Under the pieces are notes generated by a model. That model ran no database searches, was not told the DNA's origin, and saw only the letters and a list, made by a program, of their open reading frames with translations. The translations under genes and the position numbers were made by a program. 64,000 bases of DNA. Origin: a virus (taxonomy: Duplodnaviria; Caudoviricetes). This document shows, in pieces, positions 1 through 9,833 of the stretch. The DNA is taken from positions 1,540 to 65,539 of the IMG/VR virus record IMGVR_UViG_3300042991_000365; one strand, given 5' to 3'. The number at the start of each line of letters is the position of its first letter. Positions within the stretch are counted from its first letter, which is position 1.

Positions 1-469
1 ATTTTTCATCATTAAAATATATATCTCCATTTTTAAATGTTAAATTTTCATCTGTTAATAATTCATCATCAATTTCAAGACCTTTATCTATACAATATTT
101 AATTATTTCTTTTTTTGTGTCTTCATTATAATAATACCACCATGTGTTTATATCGTATCCATAATTATCAGATGGATTATATTCATATTCGCCATTTAAG
201 ATTTGAATTTCAAATTCGTAGTCATCAGATAATATATCATCAAAATCATTAACAACTAAATATGTATCATCATTTATAATTTCTATGTCCATTAATTTAC
301 AAAAATACTCATCTGATATTAATTTATTTTCCCATAAAATAATCCAACCTCGTTCATTTATATCACTATCAATATTATCAAATGATACATTATAGTTTTT
401 AATTAAATTTTTTATATCATTTTCATCAAAATTTAAAGCTGATTCATATTCATCATATGCTGTTAACAT
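1..469 (-). CDS. acidic hypothetical protein, runs off window edge
   Basis: Hand-translated open frame from ATG 469: MLTAYDEYESALNFDENDIKNL...; no stop before position 1. Confidence 0.7.
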   Translation of the reverse strand, partial: MLTAYDEYESALNFDENDIKNLIKNYNVSFDNIDSDINERGWIILWENKLISDEYFCKLMDIEIINDDTYLVVNDFDDILSDDYEFEIQILNGEYEYNPSDNYGYDINTWWYYYNEDTKKEIIKYCIDKGLEIDDELLTDENLTFKNGDIYFNDEK

Positions 470-540
470 TGTTAAAATTAAATTGACCATTAAAATATAA
501 TATTTTTTATTTTATATATATTAAAAAAAATTATTATATT

Positions 541-936
541 GTGGTCTTTATAAAAATATTTGAAAAATATTTAGAAGTAGATGATGTTAAACAAGAAATT
601 TTAAATAAAGCTATTGAAACAGGTGAAGTTGAAGTTCTTGGGTTTTTTATAAATAAAGGATATGATATTGATAATATAAGTTCTATTGTAAAAGCAATGC
701 CAATTGATAATATGTTATTGTATTTTCTAAAAAACGGTATCAATATTGAAAAATATAAAGACGATTATGATATAAAAAGAAAATTAGAAGATTACGATAT
801 TCAAGATACATTAATGGAAAATGGATATGATAGATTAATATATAATACTGTTGGATTTTGTTGGAGAGTTAAAAATAATCCAAAATATGCAGATATTATT
901 TCTTTGTATGAAGACTCCACAAAATATAATATATGA
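541..936 (+). CDS. KYNI-tail family protein, ankyrin-like middle
   Basis: Starts MVFIKIFEK, ends STKYNI; ATGA overlap with next gene. Confidence 0.75.
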   Translation: MVFIKIFEKYLEVDDVKQEILNKAIETGEVEVLGFFINKGYDIDNISSIVKAMPIDNMLLYFLKNGINIEKYKDDYDIKRKLEDYDIQDTLMENGYDRLIYNTVGFCWRVKNNPKYADIISLYEDSTKYNI

Positions 937-1283
937 AACATTTAAAATTTTTTGAAAATAATAGCGATTTTCTTTGGTTGGTTGTTTATATAAACCACTC
1001 CGAAGATAATGAGAGCGAATATAGATTATTTAATAATATTGAAAATGCTGAAAATTATTTTCTAAAATTAATCAATGATATTAAAGAAATAAGATTTGCA
1101 AATAAAGGCAAAGAAATGAGTCAAATAGATATTATCACCGATGTAAATAGTGCGGTGGATTATTTTGAGGATGAATTAGTCGGTTTATATACATTATATA
1201 TTAGTGAGATGGAAGTTGAAGACGAATTTGATTTACCTGGATATATAAAAGTTGCAAGAGATTCAAAAAAATATAATATATGA
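933..1283 (+). CDS. KYNI-tail family protein
   Basis: MKHLKFFE...SKKYNI; paralog of 1280..1630 (AENYF motif). Confidence 0.85.
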   Translation: MKHLKFFENNSDFLWLVVYINHSEDNESEYRLFNNIENAENYFLKLINDIKEIRFANKGKEMSQIDIITDVNSAVDYFEDELVGLYTLYISEMEVEDEFDLPGYIKVARDSKKYNI

Positions 1284-1630
1284 TAAACTTAAAACATTTA
1301 AAACTTTTTGAGTCTATTGGTGATATAAAATGGATAGTCATTAATATACCCTTTGGTGATCCAAGTGAATATATGATATCAATATTTGATGATATGGAAA
1401 GTGCTGAAAACTACTTTATTGAACTTGTTAATGATATAGCTATGTCTGACAAATACGAAAATGAGGATTACGAAGATTATAATGACATTATATTTACAGT
1501 AGAAGATGCCGAAGAATATGTTAGTTCTAATGACTATGTGGTTGAATATAAATCATTTAATGTTCGAGGTAAATATGAACTACCAGAAAAATTAAAAATT
1601 GGAGCTGATTCTAAAAAATATAATTTATAA
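1280..1630 (+). CDS. KYNI-tail family protein
   Basis: LKHLKLFE...SKKYNL; paralog of preceding ORF. Confidence 0.85.
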   Translation: MINLKHLKLFESIGDIKWIVINIPFGDPSEYMISIFDDMESAENYFIELVNDIAMSDKYENEDYEDYNDIIFTVEDAEEYVSSNDYVVEYKSFNVRGKYELPEKLKIGADSKKYNL

Positions 1631-1676
1631 TTATACATAATTATAAATAAATAATTCTAAAAAATAAACAATATAA

Positions 1677-2105
1677 ATGGAGTATATTAAAGAATTTAGG
1701 GATATATATTATCCTAAAATTAATAGTAAAAATTATGAGCTAATAGCTGCTGTTGATGATGGTGATATTAAAGAAATGAGAAAATTATTAAGTGAAGGTG
1801 CAGATGTTAATTTTCAAGATGAAAAATATGGATGGACACCTATAATGTATTGTAAATTTTATTCTATGCTAATAGAATTAATAAGAGCTGGTGCAGATTT
1901 GAATATTAAAACATATGATGATGGTTCAACAGTTTTAATAATAAATTCATATAATAAGAAAACCAAAGAAATGAAAAAGCTAATAAGCTGTGGCGCAGAT
2001 ATGAATATAAAAAATAATAAAGGTCAAGATTTTTATGATGTTGCATCCAGTGACATTAAAAAATGGATTTCTGAAAATTATCCTGAATTTGTAGCGAATA
2101 AATAA
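1677..2105 (+). CDS. ankyrin repeat protein
   Basis: Repeated LLSEGADVN/LIRAGADLN/LISCGADMN and GWTP motifs; tag-like start MEYIKEF. Confidence 0.9.
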   Translation: MEYIKEFRDIYYPKINSKNYELIAAVDDGDIKEMRKLLSEGADVNFQDEKYGWTPIMYCKFYSMLIELIRAGADLNIKTYDDGSTVLIINSYNKKTKEMKKLISCGADMNIKNNKGQDFYDVASSDIKKWISENYPEFVANK

Positions 2106-2143
2106 AAACTTTTTATTATATTTGCCATATAAAAATAAAAAAT

Positions 2144-2350
2144 ATGAAAAAATTAATTTTAGTTTTCGCGTTGGGATTATTTACAATTAGTTGCGCAACA
2201 ATAAGTACGATTCCCGAAACAAGTAAGGTGACAGGAGTTGAAACGGCAAAACGTCCTAAAAAAGGTAAGTTCATTGTAACAACTGATTATTATCAGTTTC
2301 GTACAGACAAGAATTTCCAAATTGGTGATGAATTACAAATTTGCAAGTAA
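2144..2350 (+). CDS. putative lipoprotein
   Basis: MKKLILVFALGLFTISC signal peptide with lipobox-like Cys. Confidence 0.7.
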   Translation: MKKLILVFALGLFTISCATISTIPETSKVTGVETAKRPKKGKFIVTTDYYQFRTDKNFQIGDELQICK

Positions 2351-2429
2351 TTAAAAAACTGGTTGTATAAACTATAATAAAATTCCAATTTTTTATTGAA
2401 AATATTTTTTTTTTATAAAAAATAATATT

Positions 2430-2437
2430 TATCTTTG
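2430..2437 (+). promoter_or_regulatory. Bacteroidota sigmaA -7 element
   Basis: TATCTTTG upstream of 2461. Confidence 0.65.
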
Positions 2438-2673
2438 CACAAAAAATAAATTATAGAATTATGTCAAAATATCACATACCATTACCAACTAGAATAAAGG
2501 ATGCTACTATTAAATTAAAACAAATTGGATATACAGTTATCAATAATGATGATGAAAATTTTGCAATATTAGCAGAGCGTAAAAAATATATATGTAATAA
2601 TACCAATGAGTTTTTTAAAATTGCAGAACAATTAACTTCTGATATATAATGAACAATTATTAAAAATTATAAT

Positions 2674-3183
2674 ATGGTACTTGCAATTTTATCTTCAGTT
2701 TTAATATTAAGTGTTACTGCTCTTATAGTTGTATTTTTAAAATATCGAAAACTTAAAAATACACCTACCAATTTAGAAGATTTTAATATTTTAAAGAGTA
2801 AGTATGATTCTCTCATTTCTAAAAATGAAAAAATTATAGAGGCTTTAAAAAAACAACCTTTAAGACATGGTTATTTTGAAACACCATTAACGTCAACCGA
2901 TGGACTTACTAAAAAAGTAACATCATTTAGTCCAATAATATTTGTTGAAGAATTAGATAGATTTACTGATGGTACATGTGAAGTTCAAATAGTAAAAATA
3001 ATTCCAAAAATATCTTCAGGTGAACAATCGCATGATAAACTTTTTAAATATATTGAAGATAATTTTTCACCAATTAAGAAAATATCTGACATAACTTGGT
3101 TAGAGAGTGAAACAGAGATTAAAGAACTTAGAAAACATAAAATTCAAAATATTTTAAAAAATATTGACGACGATAATAATTAA
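2674..3183 (+). CDS. membrane-anchored protein, RxxKLxKI-tail family
   Basis: N-terminal TM helix; DITWLESE..ELRKHKIQNIL; paralog of 42719..43230. Confidence 0.8.
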   Translation: MVLAILSSVLILSVTALIVVFLKYRKLKNTPTNLEDFNILKSKYDSLISKNEKIIEALKKQPLRHGYFETPLTSTDGLTKKVTSFSPIIFVEELDRFTDGTCEVQIVKIIPKISSGEQSHDKLFKYIEDNFSPIKKISDITWLESETEIKELRKHKIQNILKNIDDDNN

Positions 3184-3188
3184 ATTCA

Positions 3189-3449
3189 ATGGGAGTTTTT
3201 AGTAATAAGTGGTGGAATAGATCCATTGTCATTATGCATACTAATTTTGACAGTGAGCATTTATCTAAATTAGGATTAAAGTGTGATATGAGCAATAATA
3301 ATAAATTTTTTATATATAATGTTGATAGAACATTTACTCTTTCGTTACATAAATACGATTACAATAAGATTGAAACTATTTATAATAATTTCTTAAGAAA
3401 ACAAAAAATTCAAAAAATATCAAAGAGTAATATTGTTAAGTTTATTTAG
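3189..3449 (+). CDS. RxxKLxKI-tail family protein
   Basis: LRKQKIQKIS near C-terminus. Confidence 0.7.
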   Translation: MGVFSNKWWNRSIVIMHTNFDSEHLSKLGLKCDMSNNNKFFIYNVDRTFTLSLHKYDYNKIETIYNNFLRKQKIQKISKSNIVKFI

Positions 3450-3725
3450 TTTTAAAAATCTATGATCAAAAAATATATTTTTATAATATTCATAACCTCT
3501 ATCACCATCATATACTAAAGAAAATTTAACATTATCATTTATACCACATGATATTGTAATTAAATTATCATTAATATCTGTTATAATATATTTTTTATTT
3601 TTATTAAAATATACTTTGTTTTTTTCTGATACAGATAAAAGCTCGCCAGAAAATTTATGATATGTCATTGAATAAATAGTTCTACTTATATTATCTTTTG
3701 CTATCAAATGATCACCTATTTTCAT
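3420..3725 (-). CDS. RxxKLxKI-tail family protein
   Basis: MKIGDHLIAK...RFLKLNKLN. Confidence 0.7.
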   Translation of the reverse strand: MKIGDHLIAKDNISRTIYSMTYHKFSGELLSVSEKNKVYFNKNKKYIITDINDNLITISCGINDNVKFSLVYDGDRGYEYYKNIFFDHRFLKLNKLNNITL

Positions 3726-4086
3726 TTTCATTTATTTTTATTATCTTTTTCTTTCTTAATATTTTTGTACCATATACTTTTCCCATTTCAAATGCTTGCT
3801 CATTTGTTGGAATACCATTTTCTTTCACTGAGCCAAAAATTGGGTGTGCGCAACAAAATAATTTTTCAACTCTTTCTCTTGTTTCATTTGAATAATATCC
3901 AGCAAAATATCCCAAGTTTGATTTTGCTATTTTTTCTGCATTATCATGTATTCTTTCAGGACACTTATCTATTTCACTTTGAATATATGATATATATTCT
4001 ACTAAATATTGGTCTGCATCTTCTTTATCTTTAATGTCCATTGCAGTCTTCAGACAGTCTTTGGGATCGAATTTTGTAAATTTCAT
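3712..4086 (-). CDS. RxxKLxKI-tail family protein
   Basis: Ends LRKKKIIKINENENR. Confidence 0.75.
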   Translation of the reverse strand: MKFTKFDPKDCLKTAMDIKDKEDADQYLVEYISYIQSEIDKCPERIHDNAEKIAKSNLGYFAGYYSNETRERVEKLFCCAHPIFGSVKENGIPTNEQAFEMGKVYGTKILRKKKIIKINENENR

Positions 4087-4304
4087 AGTGAATATATTTC
4101 ATAGTTTAACAACATTTTCCACTTTAATTCATATGTATTGTCACTATTCATACTAGATACTATTAATCCATTTTTGTTTCTAGAATTTATAATTACAATA
4201 TCTATTTCTGGACTTAATCCTTCATTATAATCATCATAACAAGGAAAAACTATTTTATATGTTTTTCCATTTATTACATCATATGGGTTTGTTACTTTAT
4301 CCAT
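4083..4304 (-). CDS. hypothetical protein
   Basis: Coupled ORF in minus-strand run. Confidence 0.65.
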   Translation of the reverse strand: MDKVTNPYDVINGKTYKIVFPCYDDYNEGLSPEIDIVIINSRNKNGLIVSSMNSDNTYELKWKMLLNYEIYSL

Positions 4305-4305
4305 T

Positions 4306-4551
4306 TTATTTATCTTTATTTAACCACATTTCAAACACTTCTTTAGTTGTATAAAATTTAGGATCACTACTATTACATTTGTGCGTTTCTATCCAAAATA
4401 ATTCATTATCACCAATCGCTTTTACCTGTGGTGTAAATCTGCGCCTGATGTCCATTGTATATTCAGGTGGTAATAATTCTGTGATCCATTCAGCAAAATC
4501 AATAGCTATTTGCATAGAGTTATTATTTTCTATTAAATCTTTATTTTTCAT
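4306..4551 (-). CDS. hypothetical protein
   Basis: First ORF of minus-strand run. Confidence 0.65.
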   Translation of the reverse strand: MKNKDLIENNNSMQIAIDFAEWITELLPPEYTMDIRRRFTPQVKAIGDNELFWIETHKCNSSDPKFYTTKEVFEMWLNKDK

Positions 4552-4631
4552 TTTTTTTAATTTTTTATTTTTAAATATAATAAATATTTTTTAATAACAA
4601 AAATAATATAATGATTTTTAATATATAGTTT

Positions 4632-4873
4632 ATGAAATTTCTTAAAAAATTTGACTCAAGTATAAATTTAATATTGGTAGTTATGTTGCACGTAAAAGAA
4701 AAAACGGCTTTATTTATATTATAGATGATATGAATTATTTAAGAAATTTAATATGGATTTATAAAATTATAAATATAGATACAAATATGCATGAATGGGT
4801 AACCGAAAATTCTTTAAGAGATTTAACAGAAAAGGAAAAAATATTAGTATCAGCAAAAAAATACAATCTATGA
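4632..4873 (+). pseudogene. frameshifted KYNL-tail family gene (not in ORF track)
   Basis: MKFLKKF start; adding 1 nt near 4655 gives KYKFNIGSYVAR...SAKKYNL-TGA. Confidence 0.75.
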
Positions 4874-5016
4874 GGATAAAAAAATGTAACAACTGTAAGG
4901 AAGACAAAGAGGTAATTGAATTTGAGTATTTGTTTTTCAGAGAAAAATATGAAAATGTTTGTAAAAAATGTAAAGAGAATGGTGTAATTATAGAAGATGA
5001 AAAATATTTTAAATAA
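4870..5016 (+). CDS. small CxxC..CxxC zinc-ribbon protein
   Basis: MRIKKCNNC...VCKKC; ATGA overlap with upstream gene. Confidence 0.65.
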   Translation: MRIKKCNNCKEDKEVIEFEYLFFREKYENVCKKCKENGVIIEDEKYFK

Positions 5017-5321
5017 TGAAATATATAAAAACATACGAAGGTTATAGAGTTTTTGATAAAAAGAACATTGGAGATATTGTACAATGCTATTTTACACCGT
5101 CCTATGGTTATCATAATTTAGGTGTTGGTAGAAAATATGAAATAGTTGACACAAGATCAAGTGGTCAATTTTACGAGATTAAGGTTAAACCAATAGAGTA
5201 TGATCCATTAATAAATGATGATAGATTTGACAGATATTATCTTGAAGTATATTTTATGAATCCAGAAGAAAGAATAAAACTAATAAAATTTAATAAAAAA
5301 GTAGATAAATACAATATATGA
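5016..5321 (+). CDS. KYNI-tail family protein
   Basis: MKYIKTYE...VDKYNI. Confidence 0.85.
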   Translation: MKYIKTYEGYRVFDKKNIGDIVQCYFTPSYGYHNLGVGRKYEIVDTRSSGQFYEIKVKPIEYDPLINDDRFDRYYLEVYFMNPEERIKLIKFNKKVDKYNI

Positions 5322-5617
5322 AATTTATAAAAACATACGAAGGAGTTTGGGAAAAGAACATAAAAGTTGGTGAGATATACAAAATGACAGACTTTTTAGT
5401 TGCTGAAAAAGGTTATTTAAGAAATATTCCAATTTGTAGAGTTTTAGATACGACTGGATATGGATATTTTAATATTAAAACTTTTATTAAATCGACAAGA
5501 GAAAAGTATGTAATGGAATTATATAAAAAATTTATTTTAAAAAAAGCAACACCAGAAGAAATTAAAGAATTTGAAGAATTTGAAACATATGAAACATCAA
5601 AAAAATATAATATATGA
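5318..5617 (+). CDS. KYNI-tail family protein
   Basis: MKFIKTYE...SKKYNI. Confidence 0.85.
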   Translation: MKFIKTYEGVWEKNIKVGEIYKMTDFLVAEKGYLRNIPICRVLDTTGYGYFNIKTFIKSTREKYVMELYKKFILKKATPEEIKEFEEFETYETSKKYNI

Positions 5618-5979
5618 AATATCTAAAATCATACGAAGAAAAAAGAAGAGGTAATGAAATAGTATATACGTTCACAACAAAAGCCAAATCAGGTGAACAT
5701 CAATATACAGTTCATATATTACAAGATGATCCAAAATATGATGAAACAAATGGACATTCTTATAATGGACTAGCATTATCAATTGATGATACTCCAGCTT
5801 GTTGGTATGTTTCAACATTATTACATTATTCTGATCCACCAATTATAAATTTTGATAAAATTTCAATTAGCGGTAGTTATTGGATGTGTGATAATTGGAG
5901 AGAAATTGGTGAAGAATTAAAAAGCTGGGTAGCTAATATATATCCACATTATGAAGATTTAAAAAAATATAATATATAG
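5614..5979 (+). CDS. KYNI-tail family protein
   Basis: MKYLKSYE...LKKYNI. Confidence 0.85.
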   Translation: MKYLKSYEEKRRGNEIVYTFTTKAKSGEHQYTVHILQDDPKYDETNGHSYNGLALSIDDTPACWYVSTLLHYSDPPIINFDKISISGSYWMCDNWREIGEELKSWVANIYPHYEDLKKYNI

Positions 5980-6005
5980 GACCAAAATTATCTTATATAT
6001 AATAT

Positions 6006-6266
6006 ATGGCTACAGAATTTAGAAAAACAAGACCTGTTTCAGATTTTCAACATTTAATCGGTAAAAATATAAATGATATAATATTATTTGATGATGGTAC
6101 TAATGAATTACTAGAAGCTGGCGAAACAATATTACCAAGGCATTATTTTTTGTTTGTTGGTACAAAAAATGGAGAGTTACAATTTAAACCATATGAATTT
6201 AATCAATACAGAATAGTAGTTACAACTTATAATGATATAATATATGTAATTGATTCGATAGGTTAA
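6006..6266 (+). CDS. hypothetical protein
   Basis: ORF behind TATATA motif. Confidence 0.7.
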   Translation: MATEFRKTRPVSDFQHLIGKNINDIILFDDGTNELLEAGETILPRHYFLFVGTKNGELQFKPYEFNQYRIVVTTYNDIIYVIDSIG

Positions 6267-6267
6267 A

Positions 6268-6531
6268 TTATAAATTGTATTTTTTTGATTGAGATATTAA
6301 TTCCATGTATTTTTCTATTTCATCACTATCCTTTTCACTATATATTGGAAATGTGCCATATTTATCTTCAGCCAAATCAACAGAAATTAATTTTTTCATT
6401 TTTAAATATTCTAGTTGCTCTGGATCTACCCACACCGAATAGCCTGTAATTTCATTATTTGAATCAACTTCCCATGCTTCAATTAAATTAAAATCATCTC
6501 TATGGTTTTCAAATTTTTTAATATGCATCAT
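6268..6531 (-). CDS. KYNI-tail family protein
   Basis: MHIKKFE...SKKYNL. Confidence 0.85.
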   Translation of the reverse strand: MMHIKKFENHRDDFNLIEAWEVDSNNEITGYSVWVDPEQLEYLKMKKLISVDLAEDKYGTFPIYSEKDSDEIEKYMELISQSKKYNL

Positions 6532-6597
6532 AATTTTATATATATAAAAATAATTTGTAAAATGTTGTGTATTCTAAAAAATATTTTTATATTTGTA

Positions 6598-6910
6598 TAG
6601 AGATAAGAAACCATTTGTTGAAAATGGTGGAACAATATTTATTAACAATAGTCGTTTTGAATTAAAACCAATATTCAAAATAGGCGAATTTAAAAAGGGT
6701 AGTAAAGGACTATCCTAAATTGGTTTATCGTTCAAAAAAATTTATTTGATTTCGATCTTAAATTAAACAATCGAATAGGACAAATTAACAGGTATGATAG
6801 GGTTTAAAAATCTTGTTTTTTCAAACATTTTTAAGAAGTAAAATGTCTTGACAGTTTTATGATGGGAGTTTGTAAAAAAGACCTTTACCTTTTTAGGTAA
6901 AGGTCTTTTT
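6598..6910 (+). ncRNA. candidate ~300 nt structured RNA
   Basis: TATATTTG at 6588-6595, no ORF, several hairpins, ends at strong terminator. Confidence 0.5.
6874..6910. terminator. bidirectional intrinsic terminator
   Basis: AAAAAAGACCTTTACCT-TTT-TAGGTAAAGGTCTTTTT inverted repeat with A/T tails. Confidence 0.85.
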
Positions 6911-6911
6911 A

Positions 6912-7268
6912 TTATATGTTATATTTGGTAATATTTTCGTAAAGACTAGAATATTTTTTCATTTTATATTCGCTAATCACCACAATTGTTTCAATTTCTT
7001 TGGGTCCACTATGTTCTCTTTTTATTTTTAATTTTTCTTTTTCTAAAAAATTATAAAATTTCTCAAATGATTCTTCTGAAGTCATATATCTAAAATAAAA
7101 AGCCAGTTCTAATTTATTATTATCTATAAACTCAAATCTACATTCAATAAAACCCTCATGAATTGATACTGGCATTATACTTTCTAAATATAAACAAGTA
7201 TAACTAGCCATTTTTTCATCTTCATTCAATGTAGCATAATAATTTTCGTATAATGCTAAATGTTTCAT
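6912..7268 (-). CDS. KYNI-tail family protein
   Basis: MKHLALYE...ITKYNI. Confidence 0.85.
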   Translation of the reverse strand: MKHLALYENYYATLNEDEKMASYTCLYLESIMPVSIHEGFIECRFEFIDNNKLELAFYFRYMTSEESFEKFYNFLEKEKLKIKREHSGPKEIETIVVISEYKMKKYSSLYENITKYNI

Positions 7269-7597
7269 ATATTATATTTATTTGTTTGTACTTTCAAATC
7301 TTTTATATCTAATAAATCCTGTATATTATTTGATTGATATAACATATTATTTATAACATACTCTAAAGTATAAATCCAATCTTCACTATATTCATTAAGG
7401 TCTTTACCTGTCATCATATCAAATAAATATATTCTTTTTAATCGTACTTTATTAACATTAGTTGTCATATCCTTATATCTTTGAACTACTTTCATAATCG
7501 CCATTCTTTTTTCAGAATTACCATGATCCATTATAAGATAATCTTTAAGATATATGTTAACACCATCCCAATCCTCATATGTTTTTATAACTTTCAT
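7265..7597 (-). CDS. KYNI-tail family protein
   Basis: MKVIKTYE...TNKYNI. Confidence 0.85.
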   Translation of the reverse strand: MKVIKTYEDWDGVNIYLKDYLIMDHGNSEKRMAIMKVVQRYKDMTTNVNKVRLKRIYLFDMMTGKDLNEYSEDWIYTLEYVINNMLYQSNNIQDLLDIKDLKVQTNKYNI

Positions 7598-7782
7598 TTC
7601 TTTTTATTAAAATATTCTTCTTCGATTGTTCTATATTTTGGTTCTTTTTTGGCTTGTTCTTTTTCTAATCTTGGGTTGATTGTATTTAATTCTAATATAA
7701 GCTCTTCAAAACATCTTTCACAATATAAATTATCAATTCTTTTACCTTCTTTTTTATAGCAAATTGTACAAAGTTTCTTCAT
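7594..7782 (-). CDS. small CxxC..CxxC zinc-ribbon protein
   Basis: CTIC...CERC; ATGA-coupled inside array. Confidence 0.7.
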   Translation of the reverse strand: MKKLCTICYKKEGKRIDNLYCERCFEELILELNTINPRLEKEQAKKEPKYRTIEEEYFNKKK

Positions 7783-8348
7783 ATATTATATTTTTTCATA
7801 TCAATAATACGTTCTAAATCTTCTTTATTTTTAGAAAAATATTTTATTGATTCATCAGTTGTACTAATTATACCTTTACCATCATGTATACCAATTTCTA
7901 ATTTTTTAACGGAATAATCAAAATTTGTCCATCTTAATTCAGATCTCTTTCTAGCCAAAACTTCACATATATAATTATCACCACCTAGTATTACATAATC
8001 ACCAACCATTGGTAATTTTTCCAAATTTCTCCTATCCTTTGCGTAACTTCTTATCTCATCAATTGTTGCTAAAACTTTCAGTTTCCAAAATTCATATTTA
8101 TCAAAAGTTATTTTATATTCTTTTGTATTTTCGTTGTAATCAATAATTTGTCCAACAGCAATTCTATATATTTTGTTTTCTCTATTATATCTTGTTACAT
8201 AATCAGCATCACCTATTATCTCATCATAATATTTATCAGTCATTCGAACATAATCACCTATCATTGGTGGTCTTTTTTCTCTATACTGTTTAATATGAGA
8301 AAATACTGTAGGCTCTTCTATTTGTTCAAATGTTTTTAAATGTCTCAT
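7779..8348 (-). CDS. KYNI-tail family protein with duplicated core
   Basis: MRHLKTFE...MKKYNI; PMIGDYV and PMVGDYV internal repeat. Confidence 0.85.
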   Translation of the reverse strand: MRHLKTFEQIEEPTVFSHIKQYREKRPPMIGDYVRMTDKYYDEIIGDADYVTRYNRENKIYRIAVGQIIDYNENTKEYKITFDKYEFWKLKVLATIDEIRSYAKDRRNLEKLPMVGDYVILGGDNYICEVLARKRSELRWTNFDYSVKKLEIGIHDGKGIISTTDESIKYFSKNKEDLERIIDMKKYNI

Positions 8349-8695
8349 ATATTATAACTATCTATATTTTTTAAAAAATCATCAATTACTATTTCATTAT
8401 TAATAAGTTTTACTTCACCACCAAATTTCAAGTTCAAACGTTTAAAATCGTCTTTACCGTTTTCTATATCATCACCATCTTCTATTTCAAAATAATTCCA
8501 ACCGTATTTTTTAGTATAACCAAAATATAAACCTTTTAATCTTGTTGATAAATATTCAGCGTGCATTTGAGGTAGTTTATTTTCTATAACAAATTTTCTA
8601 ATTATAATTTTAACTTCTTCTATGTTACCATTTATTACCCAAAAGTATTTTAGATAATCAATTTTATTATTTTCAAATTTTTTAATATATTTCAT
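8345..8695 (-). CDS. KYNI-tail family protein
   Basis: MKYIKKFE...IDSYNI. Confidence 0.85.
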   Translation of the reverse strand: MKYIKKFENNKIDYLKYFWVINGNIEEVKIIIRKFVIENKLPQMHAEYLSTRLKGLYFGYTKKYGWNYFEIEDGDDIENGKDDFKRLNLKFGGEVKLINNEIVIDDFLKNIDSYNI

Positions 8696-8766
8696 ATTTT
8701 ATTATATATAAATTTAATCTTTTTAAAAAATAATATATATCTTTGCTATAAATATAATGAAAAAAT

Positions 8767-9186
8767 ATGAAAAAAATATCTGGATTTAATAATTTTGAAA
8801 ATGAGTCGGTTTCTAAACCACAATTAAAATATCCTGTTGATAAATGTTTAGATTTTTCTAAGTTTGTATATTATTTGGAGTCAAAAGGTATTGAAATAAC
8901 AGAATTACCTACCGAAGAGCATGGTACTAAACAAATAAAAAGAAATAGTGGAAATTTTTATGAACTTCTTAACACTATGGATCCAATTTTTCCAAAATTA
9001 ACAAGTTGGAAAAAATATGATGAAATACAAGCAAAAAAATATAAAGCTGTTGGTATACCTCATACACCATATAGATACAGTGAACATATGGGAGTCTATG
9101 AATTGCCAATTAAATATGATTCCTCACAAGATTATTCCAATTGGGTTGAAAAAAGGATTAAGTTTTTTGAGAATATGAAAAAATGA
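8767..9186 (+). CDS. hypothetical protein with tag-like N-terminus
   Basis: MKKISGFNNFENE; may be continuous with 9183..9797 by frameshift. Confidence 0.7.
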   Translation: MKKISGFNNFENESVSKPQLKYPVDKCLDFSKFVYYLESKGIEITELPTEEHGTKQIKRNSGNFYELLNTMDPIFPKLTSWKKYDEIQAKKYKAVGIPHTPYRYSEHMGVYELPIKYDSSQDYSNWVEKRIKFFENMKK

Positions 9187-9797
9187 AAGAGCTACAAGGA
9201 AAAAAATGGACAGAAAAAGATGAAAAACTTTATTCAGAAGGAGTTGATTTTGGACCTCAAAATTTTGATTGGTATAATATTGTTTTAGATGAACTTTATA
9301 AATCATATCCTCAATATTATAAAAATGGTAAAATAAAAATTTGGCATGACGAAGATGAATTTAGTGGTCATAAACAAATTTGGGATTATCCATTAATTGA
9401 ATCAGAAATTGATAATGATATTTTAGAATTTATAGAAAATAATTTATGGTTTATTACACTTAATCCAAGAGTAAATGAGTATGATGTTTTGGCTAATACT
9501 AATATTAATTATAATAATGCTAAAAAATTAGCTGAAGCATCTGAAAATTGTTGGAAAGTTATAATAAATAAAGATGTCAAACTTTTTGGATTTTACTTTA
9601 AAGAGAGTTTTGACGCACAAGTAAAAATGTTTCCAAATATGGTAACACAAGAAATATTAGATATTATTGAATTATATAAGAATGATGCACTGGGTTGGAA
9701 ATTAAGTGGAGCGGGTGGTGGCGGATATCTTATAATAGTATCAGATAAAAAAATAAAAAATGCTATACAAATACGTATAGTTAGAAAAGAAAAATAA
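9183..9797 (+). CDS. chimeric protein with GHMP kinase C-terminal domain
   Basis: GWKLSGAGGGGYL GHMP C-terminal motif; N-terminal ATP-binding motif not seen. Confidence 0.75.
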   Translation: MKELQGKKWTEKDEKLYSEGVDFGPQNFDWYNIVLDELYKSYPQYYKNGKIKIWHDEDEFSGHKQIWDYPLIESEIDNDILEFIENNLWFITLNPRVNEYDVLANTNINYNNAKKLAEASENCWKVIINKDVKLFGFYFKESFDAQVKMFPNMVTQEILDIIELYKNDALGWKLSGAGGGGYLIIVSDKKIKNAIQIRIVRKEK

Positions 9798-9833
9798 AAC
9801 AAAACTTTGAAATATAAAAAAAAATTATAAAAT

